64,000 nucleotides of DNA, taken from assembly GCF_038025025.1 (NCBI RefSeq), contig NW_027117338.1, positions 1,922,001 to 1,986,000 of the forward strand, in the 5' to 3' direction. The position numbers and the translations under genes were made by a program. Below, in pieces: positions 12,545 to 25,427 of this stretch (position 1 is its first letter; the number at the start of each line of letters is the position of its first letter). The DNA comes from Phyllosticta citribraziliensis. Lineage: Eukaryota. The notes beneath the pieces were generated by a model that searched no databases, was not told the DNA's origin, and was given only the letters and a program-made list of their open reading frames with translations.

Positions 12545-13087
12545 GGGACACAATCTCAATCCACACTCCCACCCTCCTCATTGTTCACCATCCACACTCT
12601 TAAACTGAATCTACCCTCCTATGAATTATATAAGCAAGGGGGCCCGTGAGTAGTAAAATGTTTACTGTTCTCTTGTATTATAATCTACCACCTAGTATTT
12701 TATAAAATCTTATTAACCTTATTGATACTACTCTTACTACCTTATTGCCGCCTTACCCCTATCTTTAAGATAGATATACTCTCCCAGGCATGGGGGTTAT
12801 ATAGGGGTATTTTAGTGCCAGGATTATACCGGCGTGATCCATTTCTAGAGTGCGGTGATAGAACCTTAGATAACTAGGGGGTAAATATGGCTGAAGATAT
12901 GCGCGCGTAAGTAGGAGTATATTAGTGGTGGTGGTGGTGGTGGTGGTTTTAGTGGTGATTATGAGAGAACTTGAAAATAATAAATAACTTACCTAATTAA
13001 GACTAGATACAGGGAGGGTGTATTTAGTTTAAGAGGGTGGATGGTGAGCGGGGTGGTACAATATCGTGTGGATTGAGAATTTAACCC
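12545..13087. mobile_element. Non-autonomous TIR DNA transposon (MITE, probably Mutator-like) with a RIP-like interior
   Basis: About 75-bp ungapped imperfect inverted termini starting GGG and ending CCC, sharing the blocks TCTCAATCCACAC and TCACCATCCACnCTCTTAAACTnAAT. T-tracts flank both sides (possible TSD). The interior is AT- and TpA-rich and has no ORF. Confidence 0.8.
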
Positions 13088-13203
13088 TTTTTTTTTTTTT
13101 TTTACTAGATCGCGAGATGAGATGCCATATCAATTGTCTTCGTTTTTAAGCGTGTGACCAAGGTTTGTGACCTACAGATCTACATATTTTCTCTCTACTG
13201 TCC

Positions 13204-14190
13204 TCATGTCGTCTCGATTCCAACTGCATCTCTCAAAAACTCGACCAAGTCATCAATCTGCTCGGGCTCCTTCCACCAGTGCTCCTCGTCGTACTCCTCC
13301 CACCTCACTTCGCAGCCCAGATCCACGAGCACATCGCCTGCCTGGGCACCTAGCCGCATCTCAACGTGCCTGTCGTGCATGCCGTGGCCCAGGAAGACGG
13401 GCGTTCGTGCAAAGGCAGGCGATTCTTGCGGCTCCAGACTGAGCGGCGGGAGAGACGTGATGGCTCTCGCTACGTTGGCTGCTTTGGCCTGTCGTTGCGG
13501 CATCCACTCGTCAGCTCCCATCTCCTCCTGCTCCGCCGCAACGCTTTCCCCCTCTCGATCCCGCCACGTCGACGGGTCCAGCTCGTCGGCAAACGGCAGC
13601 CACCCGGACATGCCAAAGAAGCCGCCCAACGCCTCGACGTCCTTTTCGCCTTCATCTCCTCCTTCCTCTTCGCCATCGTAACCGTGAAATCCCAGGAAAA
13701 ACACCAGCGCCGCCGCGCACCCCTGGCTCAGGCCGCCGAGGACGATGCGGTCGAGTCCGCCGACCAGGCGCGCCTCGCGCCGCACGAGGCGGGCCAGCAG
13801 CGCGGCCGTCGCCGCCAGCCCCGCGCGCTGCGGCTCCTTGCGCTGCGCCGGGTCCGCCAGGCTGAAGTTTTCGTACCACTGGGTGAGCCCCGTGGCGGCC
13901 GAGACGAGCGGCGCCGTGGGGAAGACGAAGCGCGTCGTGCGGAGGTGCTCGGCCAGGCGTTTCTTCTTGCTGGTGGTGGGGGATAAGGAGGAGGTGTGCG
14001 CGCTGGCGAGGCCGGATCCGAATTGCGGTCCTGTGTCGCCGCGGCCGTGCAGCACGATGATGGTGTGCGTGTGGCGGCCGGTTGGGTGCGATGGGGGGAT
14101 GACGAAGGGCTCTGTTGGCGTCGTCGTGGTTGTGCCTTGGGGGCCGCTACCGAAGAAGGACACATGCGACGTTTTGCTTTCGTGAGCCAT
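13204..14190 (-). CDS. Phospholipase/carboxylesterase (acyl-protein thioesterase-like alpha/beta hydrolase)
   Basis: Intronless 328-aa ORF with HTHTIIVLHGRG, RFVFPTAP, nucleophile motif GGLSQG, PVFLGHG..D and C-terminal catalytic His (EHWW). Confidence 0.88.
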   Translation of the reverse strand: MAHESKTSHVSFFGSGPQGTTTTTPTEPFVIPPSHPTGRHTHTIIVLHGRGDTGPQFGSGLASAHTSSLSPTTSKKKRLAEHLRTTRFVFPTAPLVSAATGLTQWYENFSLADPAQRKEPQRAGLAATAALLARLVRREARLVGGLDRIVLGGLSQGCAAALVFFLGFHGYDGEEEGGDEGEKDVEALGGFFGMSGWLPFADELDPSTWRDREGESVAAEQEEMGADEWMPQRQAKAANVARAITSLPPLSLEPQESPAFARTPVFLGHGMHDRHVEMRLGAQAGDVLVDLGCEVRWEEYDEEHWWKEPEQIDDLVEFLRDAVGIETT

Positions 14191-17100
14191 TGCTTTGCGG
14201 CGTGCGGTTGTTACTGGGCCGGATTGGTGCGATAGGGGACGATGTACGGCTGAGTCCTTTTTTGTTGTATGACTCTCGAGACGGAGAAGATGGTCGGCTC
14301 GGTTGCGTGCTGGATTGATAAGCGCGCGGCTACCTACGTGCTATCCGCAAGGCTCCAATGGTCGTCCAACACTTTATCGAAGGCTCTGCGGGAAGTTAGG
14401 CAGCAATGCACGTGTGAAATGACTGGAGGAAAACCACGAGTGCAAAGGTCACAGCGTCAGAGACATTTTGGCTTTGAGAAAAAGAAAAGCGAAAGGAAGG
14501 CGTTGAGCACGTCGGACAATTCCGTCTCAGAAAAATTTCAGACGACTATTTTCTGACTGTGAGGTGAGAGGAAACCCATTGGCCTGGCGGGCAGAACAAA
14601 CGGCAAGGACGCAGCGGAAAAGACTCAAGATGGTCGAAACAACTTTTGGGACGACTTGAGCGCCAACGCAGTAAGAATCAATGATTGAAGACAATATGCA
14701 TCCGCTCTGAAGTCCACTGAGGATGCCATCGTCAAGCATTCAAACCGACCGGGAAACTGCAAGTTACATCTTACGGGTTCTCCCACCAAGCCCTACGGGT
14801 CCCCCGGGTCATTAGCGAACAAAAAAAGAAGCAACAGGAAAAAGCAATACCAAGACACGTCTCGCATGGAGGGGCAACAAGCTCTTCAGCGGGCGGAGGG
14901 CAGCCAAAAAACTCCATTGCTTCCACCGCCCAATCCGGAGCGGAAGAGAGCTGATGCAAGTCTAGCCCCCTCTTCGCCTACCAGCAGACAACGTGCTTCC
15001 AGAAATGCAGCACCTTTTTTCAGCTGGAGCTGGATCGGATGGATAGCCGTGCGGCGTACATGCATGCATGCATGCATGCGTACATGCGTGTACTTACGCG
15101 TGCCTGGCGTGGCACAGCAGCGCCAGCGCAAGCACTGTATCTTTGCGGCGTTGGCTTGATGTGTGTGTGGTCCGCTGTGCGCATCGCGTGTGCGACGAAG
15201 ATTGAAATGAATGAAACGATGGAAGCTGAGAGAGGAAAGAGACAAGACTGGAATGAAAGAGAAATTGAGTGGGTGATGTGCAACATTTGCAACGCAGAAG
15301 TCGCAATCAAGAGACCTTGTCTTGACCACCAGTCAACATGTCTCGAACGTTCAAGAGTGAGTTGCGCTGCGATGTCTCCCAAGGCACGCAACTGAAAGAA
15401 AGGGGACAGGAGGGAGCACGCAAGCAAGCAAGGAGGCGCGCCACCACACACCCCTGACGTCCTCTCCCCCTCCCTCTCTTCCACCAACATGTCCTTGGAC
15501 AGCCTGATCTCGCCACAACCACGCGCCCGACGCGACACAGCGCGCCCGACGGACGCGATCAATCACGTCCGCATCGACTGACCCTGACCTCACTTCGCCC
15601 CTCCTTTTCGTGCCTTTCCAGGTTTTCCGTCGCGGCTTGGCATGCGCGATGGCAGTGCTACACGACATCATGTATGCCGCTCGCCCGTTTGAGCGGCGGT
15701 CGCTGCGTGGGCAGATGGATGGATGCAAGTCTTTCTTCCTGTGCCAAGTCCTGTAGATTGGCAACGGTCGTGCCTACATACATACTATGTGTGGTTATGC
15801 AACTGTGCAGTGGTGGCTGCGGTCGGTTAGGGTGGTGGTGTTGGAGTTGCTTCCTCTCTTACGATATTAGTCTGCGGGACCACGTGGGATCGTAATTGGT
15901 ATGCTGCGCATGCGAGCTGTTCAACGGAAGGAATAAAGCACGCAAAAACAAATGGCAGGACGCGGCAGAGTCAGCGGAGCATCGGGGCGGAGCGGGACGG
16001 AGCGGAGCGGTGCAGCGGGCGGGAGCATTCCTTGCCAAACCTAGCGCGACGAAGAGGGATGATAGAGGAATCTTGAGAGCGGGCGGCCAAAGCCGAAATC
16101 TCCTAAATTGAATATTTGTTCCGGGATTTGGGTGGTGAGAGGAGAGATGGTGGATGGTGCCCAAGCGGCAACGCTGGTCCACGGATGTGGTCAGGGAAGT
16201 CGGTGAGGTTGGTCGGCTACCTGCCCAGTTGGTAGGTTCGTAGGTGGCCTGGAGCAAAGCCAGGCGCGTAAGTGGTTGCTGTCAAGGTCTATGCTATTCT
16301 TTGCCACAGCCCAAGTTAGTTGTACTGTAGGGCAAAGCTACAGAGCGGAGTGGGAAGCGGGGCGGGGCGGGTAAAAGCGTCGACAACGGACACGGCGGAA
16401 GAATAGCACGTTGCGACCCAACTCAATCTACTTTACCTCCTCTCCCCGCTCACGATTCTTGAAGTCAAGCGCGTGTCACTGGGCCGGTGGCAATGCTGGT
16501 AAGTAGTGGCGAGCAGTCCGGCCGCATCAATAACCGTTCATCATCTCCTCCGCGTCTGTGTGGAGGAGGACAGGTGCGTCTCCGCGTCGGGGGATTTTCT
16601 TTCGAGACGACGCTTTCGGCGGGTTTGCCACAACAAGGAAGATTTTCGAGTTGCTTGCGCTGCTGCCTTTTTGTCGATGCGCAACCTCATCTCCACAATG
16701 CCTTACCGCGAGACGAGCACTTGCAGGAGCTTGTAACCATCCGGAAGACCAACAACTGAAGTCCTTGACAGTACCATATCTGAAGGCAGATTTCCAACAA
16801 AACATCGTCATAGCTGGAATCAGTCAGTAAATAGTCACGAGGACATATTTCACACGTCCAAAGCCTACTGAGACCGTCCACTCCGCCATTTGTGTGGCGC
16901 GGTCGCCTGAACAGGCACTGAATCGTCATGATCCCTCCGTCAGCGCGATACACATCCACGATACGATCAGTATAGAGAAGAAGCGCCACAGACCCGTCTC
17001 CTTATCAACGTCTCCTCCACACTCTTCCCCATATGGCGTCAGCCGGCCCGTTTTCCTCCCCTCTCCGCTCTCCTCCCCCTTTCAAAGTCTCCGCCCAGGC

Positions 17101-20068
17101 ATCCCGCCGTACCACACCACCGCGCTTGCGCTGGTTGGTCGCCTGAGTGACGGTGACAGCGACTGTCGCTGCGACCGTCACCGCAATGTGCCACAGCGCC
17201 ACGCAGCGACTCGTCACTGACTCACCGTTCAACATATGGACTGTCTGACAAAGTCCGCTGATCAAGCGCGACTCAGACAAGTCCATTGCGCCGATTTGGT
17301 TTGAGCCGGAGACGTGAGGAAATGGAGAAGTGGAGCAACGGATGGGATTGTTGCCTGTTTGGCATGTCTGTTGAATGCCCGGGCAGCGAAATCCGGGCGA
17401 GCGGTTCTACGTTTGAGGATAGGGATTTGGATTCAGCGGGCCATGGAAAAGGAGGCAGAAGCAAAGGGGCAAAAATGGAGAGGCAGGGAACGGGACACAG
17501 CGGCTGGAGCCGGCAGCTACGGCACGTGCGGTATTGCGCTCGTGGACGGGAGATTCAATCTGCTGCTTGTCTCTCTCTGTCTCGAAGAGCAGACGACAGG
17601 GGCAGGGGCAAGCGTTGAGCAAACTGGCAGACTGGCCGGGAACGGCGGGGTTTGGCAAGTCTTGACTTGGTTAAAGTTGTGCGATGAGTTTATCTGCTTG
17701 ATCGGGTTGGGATGGGGAAGCAGATGGGAGAGAAAAGGGGGGAGCTTATGTTAGCTTGGACCTCTTCTCGATTGCATCGATGAGCGTGTTGAGGGATGAG
17801 ACTTGGCTTCGTAATGGACGGTTTTCTTTTGGTCGGGGGCACACTGGAGAAAGTACACAACCGGGTCCTGGTTCTGGCCCTGAAAGCGTTTGAAAGATGA
17901 TTCGGCCTGGTGTGAGAACGCCATGAGCAGCAGATGCACCGCCGCCGCAACTTTGTTGGCGTACGCACGCGGATGGGGTCCTCATCCGCAGCCCCGCCGC
18001 ACCCCGCGGCTGCTGCGATTGCGGGACAGCACGGCCGGAGCGGAGAAGACACTGGAACCGCGCGGGAAGACGTCCTGGGTACTGCAGTGGAAGAGCACCA
18101 AGCCAAGCGGATGGGCGGCGCGGGGATACTTTGGCGGATGTATCGATTCGGATGCTCCAACAGAGAAGGTACGTCCGGAAGGTGCTCACCGGTCTTCAAT
18201 CCTACAGCATGTATGCGGACTGAGTAAGTGTATTTCCAGAGAAGTGGGCTTGAGGATGCAAGCTAGGTATTTCAAACGCTCCGGAGAGACCGAATCGACG
18301 ACGCAGGCGCAGAGTCAGGTCGAGCAGGAGAGAGCGAACTCAAGGGACATGTGCAGTGTCTGGTGCAGTCTGTGAGTAGTCCGGGGACTGTACCGGTCAT
18401 GCAGGGTCACGAGTCGTGAGTCTTGTGCCCAAGCGTCGCCGTCCAGTCTTGTCGATTTGCGTTTTTGGCTGCGACTGATCGGAACACCTTGTTGCCAAAG
18501 TAGCTCCGCCCACCTCTGTCTGCACGACAAGACTTGCTCCTCCACTTTGCCGGCAGTCTTGGGAGCAGAGAGGCAGTGCAGCGTTGCAGCGCGACGCTCC
18601 GGATGTGCGGCGATGAGAGTCTGGTGATGATGGTGATGATGAAACTCGGCAGTCGTCCAAGAGGTCTGGCAGGCAAGCGAGCAAGCAGGCTGTGTACAAT
18701 AGCCATGGCAGTCGTCGCCCAAGAACGCCTCTGACGAAAACGACGGCGAGAGCAGCGCAGCGCAAGCTCTTCGCCTGACGCGGTGCCTGTTGCAGAGCGG
18801 AGATCAGGAGGCAGATCAGCCGGGCGCACCGCCGCGGGGCCCCAGGTTGTTCAGGCGGCTCGCGAGAGAGTCGAGTTTGGCGACAAGAGGTTGTTCAGGG
18901 AGCGGCCGCGTTGGACGGGGATATTCTTGTCACTAACGTCGGGTCCATGAGGCGAGTGAACGCCCGACCCCCGGAGCATATGACGCCGCGTCGACTTATC
19001 ATCGTCGAGGCGCTTGATGATAGATTGTCGATCCTGTTGCTGTGACGTCCACCTGCCGGCTGGGAAAATGGCGCCGTTGGAAGCCCGCGTCGACAATGAT
19101 GACCAGTTGCTGGTTGCCGTCATGCCGGACCATTAAAGTTAAGCTGTGGTCGGTGCTGAGCTCGTCAGCGCAGCCAAGTCCCTGTCTCGCCCGCCGCCGC
19201 GACGAGCAATGAAGGCGATTGATGGTCTTGGGCCGTGTCACTCGAGCCACGGCCCGCATGCCTGTGGCTGGCGCCCGTTGCCGAGAGAGAAACTGTCGGG
19301 CACCAAGGCCGAAGGTTGCACAGGGAGGGAGCAGAAACGATCAACAATTTGAGTGAGACGCAAAAGATGGAATTGAGAGGAGCCTGTGGCCGTCCTCGAA
19401 GCCAGAGCCGGCTGCGGGTATCATGTCCAAGTGGGTAACCGTATAGAAGCGGAGAGGAAGAGAAAAAGCAAAGAAAGAACACGCAACCGAACGCTCCTTT
19501 ATCCGAGCCGAAAAACAAAAACTCCAGACGTCGTTCGCCAGTGGAGCGACCGAGATATTTTGACCGAGAGACTGAAAAGGCAAACCCAGTTGACCCGCAT
19601 CCGTTTAAAATTTTGAACCTGGCCCTGACCCATGATTTCGCCGTGAAACGAGGAAAGAAAAAAGACGAGCAAATGTGGTGATGCTGGCGTGATGCTGCGC
19701 AGGGAGGCGTCGAGTGGCGGCCCAGCTTCGATAGCGTGCGCCAGTGGCGCAGGTGATCGACGCGTCCAGCAGAGCAGAGCAGAGAAGAGCAGCGAAGAGC
19801 GAGAGGCTCTGGGAGTGGAGTGGTGGGTGTGACTCATGCGAGGCGAGTCGAGTGGGCTGGAGGCTGTGCTGCTCAACCCACGGCAGGCCCAAGCCCAACC
19901 CGCACATTTTCCCGGAGGCGCAGAGTCGCGATGCGGAAAGAGCCGAAGCCCTCTTTGTACACCGCCGCGACCCGAGTGGTACCGTACCGTACGGCGTGAC
20001 GGACCCCATTGTCCATGCCCTCGGTCCAAGTCCGGTAGTCGAGTGTGAAGGCTCCCCCGGTTGGTTCC

Positions 20069-20692
20069 CTACTTGAAGATGGTGCGGCTGAGTCTCTTGC
20101 TGCTCCGCCACCCCTTCTTGAGAATGCTGTCCCGGCGCTTCAGAGGCGCGCCAGCGACCTGGGCGTCCACCCTGGACATGACGTCACCCTCGACGGGACT
20201 GGGAGGCTGCGTGCTCGACTGCTCGTCCTCGTCCGACGTCTCGCCTCCCGACTTGCTTCCCTTGCGATCCGGGTGCTTGCCCAAATAGGCATCCAGGCGC
20301 GCGGTAATGGCACGGTTCCGCTCGCCCGTCCTCTCGAGCACGCCCACGCTAGGCATGGCGATGCTGCTAGAGCTGTCGGTACGCGCGAGTGAGGCGCGAC
20401 GGCTGTCTCGTCTTGCCGAGGTGAGGGTGGTGGTGGAGCTGTAGGAAATGGACGGCGAGCGCGAGAGGCCGCCAACTGAAGGGCTCCGGTCGTTGCCGAC
20501 GAGGCGGTAGTCGGTGGATGAAAGGTTCCAGGAGCTGCAGTAGGGGCAAAAGTCGCATTTTGTTTCCCATCCCTCGAGGCCGAGCTTGTTTTTGCAGTTG
20601 GATAGATTCGAGGTTGGCGAGCAAGGTCGCAGGAGGTGGTACCAGCGGTGGCGGCAGGGGAGAAGAGAGACGTTGAGCTCGGCGACGCACAT
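20069..20692 (-). CDS. Hypothetical protein with a Cys/His-rich N-terminus and a Ser/Arg-rich disordered tail (207 aa)
   Basis: ATG at 20692 gives MCVAELNVSLLPCRHRWYHLLRPC...C...WETKCDFCPYC. Coding-like codon bias, single exon. Confidence 0.72.
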   Translation of the reverse strand: MCVAELNVSLLPCRHRWYHLLRPCSPTSNLSNCKNKLGLEGWETKCDFCPYCSSWNLSSTDYRLVGNDRSPSVGGLSRSPSISYSSTTTLTSARRDSRRASLARTDSSSSIAMPSVGVLERTGERNRAITARLDAYLGKHPDRKGSKSGGETSDEDEQSSTQPPSPVEGDVMSRVDAQVAGAPLKRRDSILKKGWRSSKRLSRTIFK

Positions 20693-21455
20693 GATGGAAG
20701 TGGAGGATGGAGATTGGAGGTCGGAGGTGGTGGCAATGAAGATATAGCGGCCGACGGGATTGAGGCTGACGTCAAGGTCGGGTCTGGGTGAGACGAGACG
20801 TGTTTCGATGTTTCGAATGGCAAGACCAAACGAAGGCAAGATGTTCCTGCGGAAGGTAGAGGGGGCGTGGCGAGGTTGCACAGCAGGAGCGCGGCGTCGT
20901 GCAACGGCGGTGCAGGTGGAGGTGGTCGACTGGCGGTGGTGTGAAGGGAAGGGCAGAGCGCACGTGTAGAAGGGGGTAGGCGATGGTTGGTCGACGGCGG
21001 CAGAGAGGCGAGATATGGCAGCGTATGGTGAACAGTGGCAGGGCGTGTGGTGTAGCCAGGGGTGGAGGAGGGAGGGAGGGAGGGAGAAAGAGGATGGAGT
21101 GGTGATGGCAGCGGCGGAGCGCCGACTTTTTTTTATTTATTATCTGGACAGCACCAAAGGGACCGTACCGCAGAGACCCAGCATGGACGTGGATGCGTGT
21201 GGATGTGTGTGTGTGTGTTGGGTGGGCAGGGCTGAATCCCTGCTGACCGCTGCCCTCCCCCTGTCGCCCGCCTCTGTCACCGGCGCCCCGACACGATAGG
21301 ATAGCCCATCAAGGAAGACTGGACGGATGAAACACGCGTCCATGCGAGATGAGAGATGGCCATGTGACGGGCACACAGAAACAACAGACAGCCGTCCAAA
21401 GAACAAAACACACAGAGTCATGTCATGCCAGCCTCTTGTCACCGGCCGTTTGACA

Positions 21456-21503
21456 CCTGCACCTGCACCTGCACCTGGTCCTGGTCCTGGTCCTGGTCCT
21501 GGT
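21456..21503. repeat. Compound hexamer microsatellite (CCTGCA)n-(CCTGGT)n
   Basis: Directly visible tandem units cctgca x3 followed by cctggt x5. Confidence 0.85.
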
Positions 21504-24500
21504 GCCCGACCCGCATGCAGCCTCGACCCCCCGACCCGACAAAGAAGAAACGCAGAGAAACAACAACAGCATGCCATCTCGCTCCCACTCCCACACCCAC
21601 ACGGCGCCAGCTGGCACCGACCGAGCCAGGCTGCAAAATGAAACCGCACACGTCTGCTGTCTGGTGCTGCCCAACTTCAGCCCTGTGCTCTGCAACAATA
21701 CAATCATCTCCGACGACGACCAAAAGAAACGGCACGGCACATCAACCTACCCATCATACCACCCGACCGGGAGCCGCTCTAGAACAACTGAGGTGAGCAT
21801 GCAGACCTCACGCAGGGTTCGCAGTCAGCAGCTGCCGGGCGTGTTTGGCCAAGACGTCCGCTCCGTGCCAAGCAATCTTTTCCATTGCTTGTCTGCAAAG
21901 TCGAGCCCCCTTTTGCTTCCTTCGTTCGCATCCTCATCTCACCGAGTCGCTTTTTTCATCTTGTTTTTTTCCTTCCTGTCGCGTGGCCGCTGACTCCAGT
22001 TTAGCGCCCGCTGTGGAGCTGCCGGTCAGTCGGCCTGACCAGGGGGGAGAAAGCAGAACGTCACGATGCCGGTCAGTCCATCCCCACTTGGCGCCGACGA
22101 GACCGTTGTAGGGCTTTCCATTCCTAGCTGAGGACGACTGGAAGTTAGGTTGTGCTCACCAAGCTATCGTCATGGAAAACTAATCTGATCCATCGTGCTT
22201 TACGTCATCCGCCGCCAAGACTGGGGCACATATCGACCACCAACCCACCAACCCCACCGCATTGCGACTACCCCTCTTCTCCCCATTGTCCTCATCTGAT
22301 CTGCCCGTCAACCCCTCACAATCGCTGCTCCATGCCACCCGCATCCATCTGCTGCGCCGCCAACTCCGGGCCCGACCTCGGCGACCCGTCCACATACTTC
22401 CATTGCCTTACTCCAGACTGCATGAACCGCCCGCTCACTTCCCCGCTCCCGCATACCGCCTGAGACACTGGGGACCGCGACGGCAGCTAGACCGCGTGCC
22501 AGAAGAATCGCCGCTTGGCGTCATCCCGCAGTGCTACACCACGCCTAATCATTTGCCCTTTCGCTGACGCTTGCCAGCGGCTCGAGAGAGGAAACACCGC
22601 CAGCTAAACACCAACGACGACCATGCAAAGAGGCAATACATGGTAGCCAGCCATCCGGACGGACCTATTCCTCTTCTCTCTATAGCGCCGTCTTATGTCA
22701 CACCCTGGCTTGCACAGCCCGCTCCCCTTCTGCTCAACCCACTGGTCGACGAAAACGTGCCATATCACACTCGAAAACCCAAGCCAGTCCACTCCATCCT
22801 CCACCGACGACATGGCTCCTCTGCATGTTGATCTCGCCTCGGATTCTCTTCCTTGCCCAACCAAACACTCGTCTCGTTGTTCGTTTCGTCCGCTCGCTTC
22901 CATGTTCGCCTGCCAAAGCAATCACATGCCCCGCGTACCGTCACACCTCTATTCGTCCATTCAGCTTGCCTACATTTGTCCATCTCACAGAATCGCGAGC
23001 CGTAAGCACATCCGCAACTGCGCCATGCAACTAGGCCAAAGTAGCAACGCACCAGCCCCACGAACAAAGAGAGAGCGAAAGAGCCAGAACCGCAGCACCT
23101 CCTGACCAATGTGGCTGCTTCTCCGAATCCCTCGCCTACCTGCCGCGAGTTGGAATCGTCCATGCAAATCGTCAGCTGAAATGGACCTCACATCGCTTGT
23201 GCACCCTTTTGCCAAGAAAATGCTCGGAGAAGGCAGTCAAAACAGTGTGCCCCCCAGGACCAGCCATTTGGCGAGCTGAATGGGGTTGCATGGCTATTTT
23301 TGAAGTCGAGAGCAAGCATCGAATTGGTTGGTGACACGGTGAAGCGCCTACCATCGGGCAGGTCCTCCACTTTGTTGCCCGAGGTAGTCGCCTTCTCAGA
23401 GACGGTCCTCATGGGCCAACTTGGAATCTTGATTTGCAACCGATGCTCCACTCCTACTACCGTCCATCTACCATCCAACGGCAGAAGATGGGAGTCAGCT
23501 GCACCCTTGACTTCTTTCTCCAACAAATGGATGGCGCTTTTGTGCAATTTCAAACGTAGCAACCCCACAGGCAACTGGATCGGGACCACAGGCCCCCAGC
23601 TATTCTGCCTAGAAGGCTTCTGCGCAACCTGGAACATAGCAAGCCTCTTAAGGCACTGCCCAGTGAAGCTTCAACGGAATATGCCTTTGGAGCACACAAG
23701 GTCCCACTCCGAACTTTTAACACACGGCAGCCGGCTTTGACACGACTGACAACGCCGAGCTTTGAGAACTCACGTCATCGTCACTTTTGGTGTAAGTTGT
23801 GCTATGGTGGCGGGTCGTCTCTAGCCAGCTACGTAATCGCCACACTTCACCCAACTGACCATTGGGACTTTTGCATCAAGCTGAAAGTACATACATCTAC
23901 ATTAAGGTCTTGCAATCTTTCAACTCCCCAAACCTCAATGTTTGTCCGCCCAAGGCACGCCAGCCACATCCAAAGCTACAACGACAAACGGGCAATGAAA
24001 TCTGCCAAAAGCGAAAATTTACCTTGATTTCTTGACGATTATAATCTCGCAGCATAGACCACACAGATCGTTCAATGCCCAAACGTCGCGTGGGACCCGA
24101 GTGATGTTGACTCGGGACATCGATACAAGTTTCTCTAGAGCTTGCGAGAGATGGATGTCTGCTACCACTCGACCGAGACGTGAAAGTGCAATTGCCTCAA
24201 TGCGGTCAAAGGCATCGCCTTTCGAGCTCGATCATCCAACTTTGCACGTTGTCACCTCCCATGGATCTTCAGTCGAGCCAGCCATCAACAAACTTCGCAG
24301 CCTCTTGCTGCTACCTTTGATTTCATTTGGGCCCTTCGCAAGCGCCTACGGGGTCATGATTGTTGGCTCCGACGCATCGCAGTCTGCGGATATGAATACG
24401 CTGGCAAGGGAGTGGATGCTCCACGCTCATCACAGCCACTTGTTGGTACCCTCAGAGATTGGTTGGGAGTGTAAGTGCCTCCTCTTTCTTTACAACCCAG

Positions 24501-25166
24501 TGCCACTACTCTTCAGAAAATCCCAAGTGTTTGTCCATCTTTCCTTTGTTGATATCCGTCAATCGGTGCTGGATTGATGGTTTTGTCAAATAAATGGACC
24601 AGGGGCTCAAAAGTATGGCAGTCCTCCAGACCATGTCCTCAGTGTCACGGACTATGGTAGGAAGGTAATCAATACCACAGAACCAACGCATGCCCAGTCA
24701 GAAGACGAAACTGACAGTGCTTGAGGAACCTCCAGATTCCATGGACGGGCACATCGAAAACTCGACCACATTCCAAGCAATCAATCCGTGGACACGACGA
24801 CGACGCTCTCACAGCTGATGACGACCGTAAGCAGAAACCTGCTGCATAACTGCTGCGATCCGAAGGCGGGGAACTTCGTCATGGCATGTGCGTTCAACAA
24901 ACTGAAGTGAGGAGTCCAGGTTCCCCCAATATCCTCTGCTTGGCCAATCGTCCTGGTGGCTCCGTACGCCGTCCCTCTTTCCATCAACTCACCCAAGCCA
25001 GTCATTCAATGCATTGCCTGATGAGGGTACCGTACATGCCGCCAAAAACTTTCTCATGGGTCTGGAGCTGAATCCAGTGTCTTGGTAAGAAGAGGCGAAC
25101 GTATTCAAGGACGATTGATGTGTGGCAGTGGTCTAATGCGACAGACCTAGCAATGTGAGTGCACTT

Positions 25167-25337
25167 GGGGAGCATTCATTTGCTGCTGCAGTCGCGCTTA
25201 AGGAGGAGCTTTCATTCACTGCTATAGCCACAGTTGGGGTGCTTTCATCTGCTGTCGCAGTCGCGCTTACATTCATTTACTATGGTAGGTTCGCTAGGGG
25301 AGCATTCGTTCACTGCTGAACCTAGAGCTTGGGAGCC
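25167..25337. repeat. Degenerate tandem repeat of about 33 bp, about 5 units
   Basis: Units include GGGGAGCATTCATTTGCTGCTGCAGTCGCGCTT, GAGGAGCTTTCATTCACTGCTATAGCCACAGTT and GGGGTGCTTTCATCTGCTGTCGCAGTCGCGCTT. Confidence 0.8.
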
Positions 25338-25427
25338 TCAATTCTTTCTACACTCACTGTGGCCGCATTGTTTTCTTGCCTCTCAGCGCTTGTTCTTTTT
25401 CCCCCCAGTCGTCCATGTCACTAACAA

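Noticed and set aside
22262..22831. Two same-frame ORFs separated by a single TGA (possible readthrough or editing)
   Set aside because: No recognisable protein similarity in either part. C-rich DNA gives such frames by chance.
25167..25337. CRISPR-like interpretation of the 33-bp repeats
   Set aside because: The units are tandem and degenerate with no unique spacers, the context is eukaryotic, and there are no cas genes.
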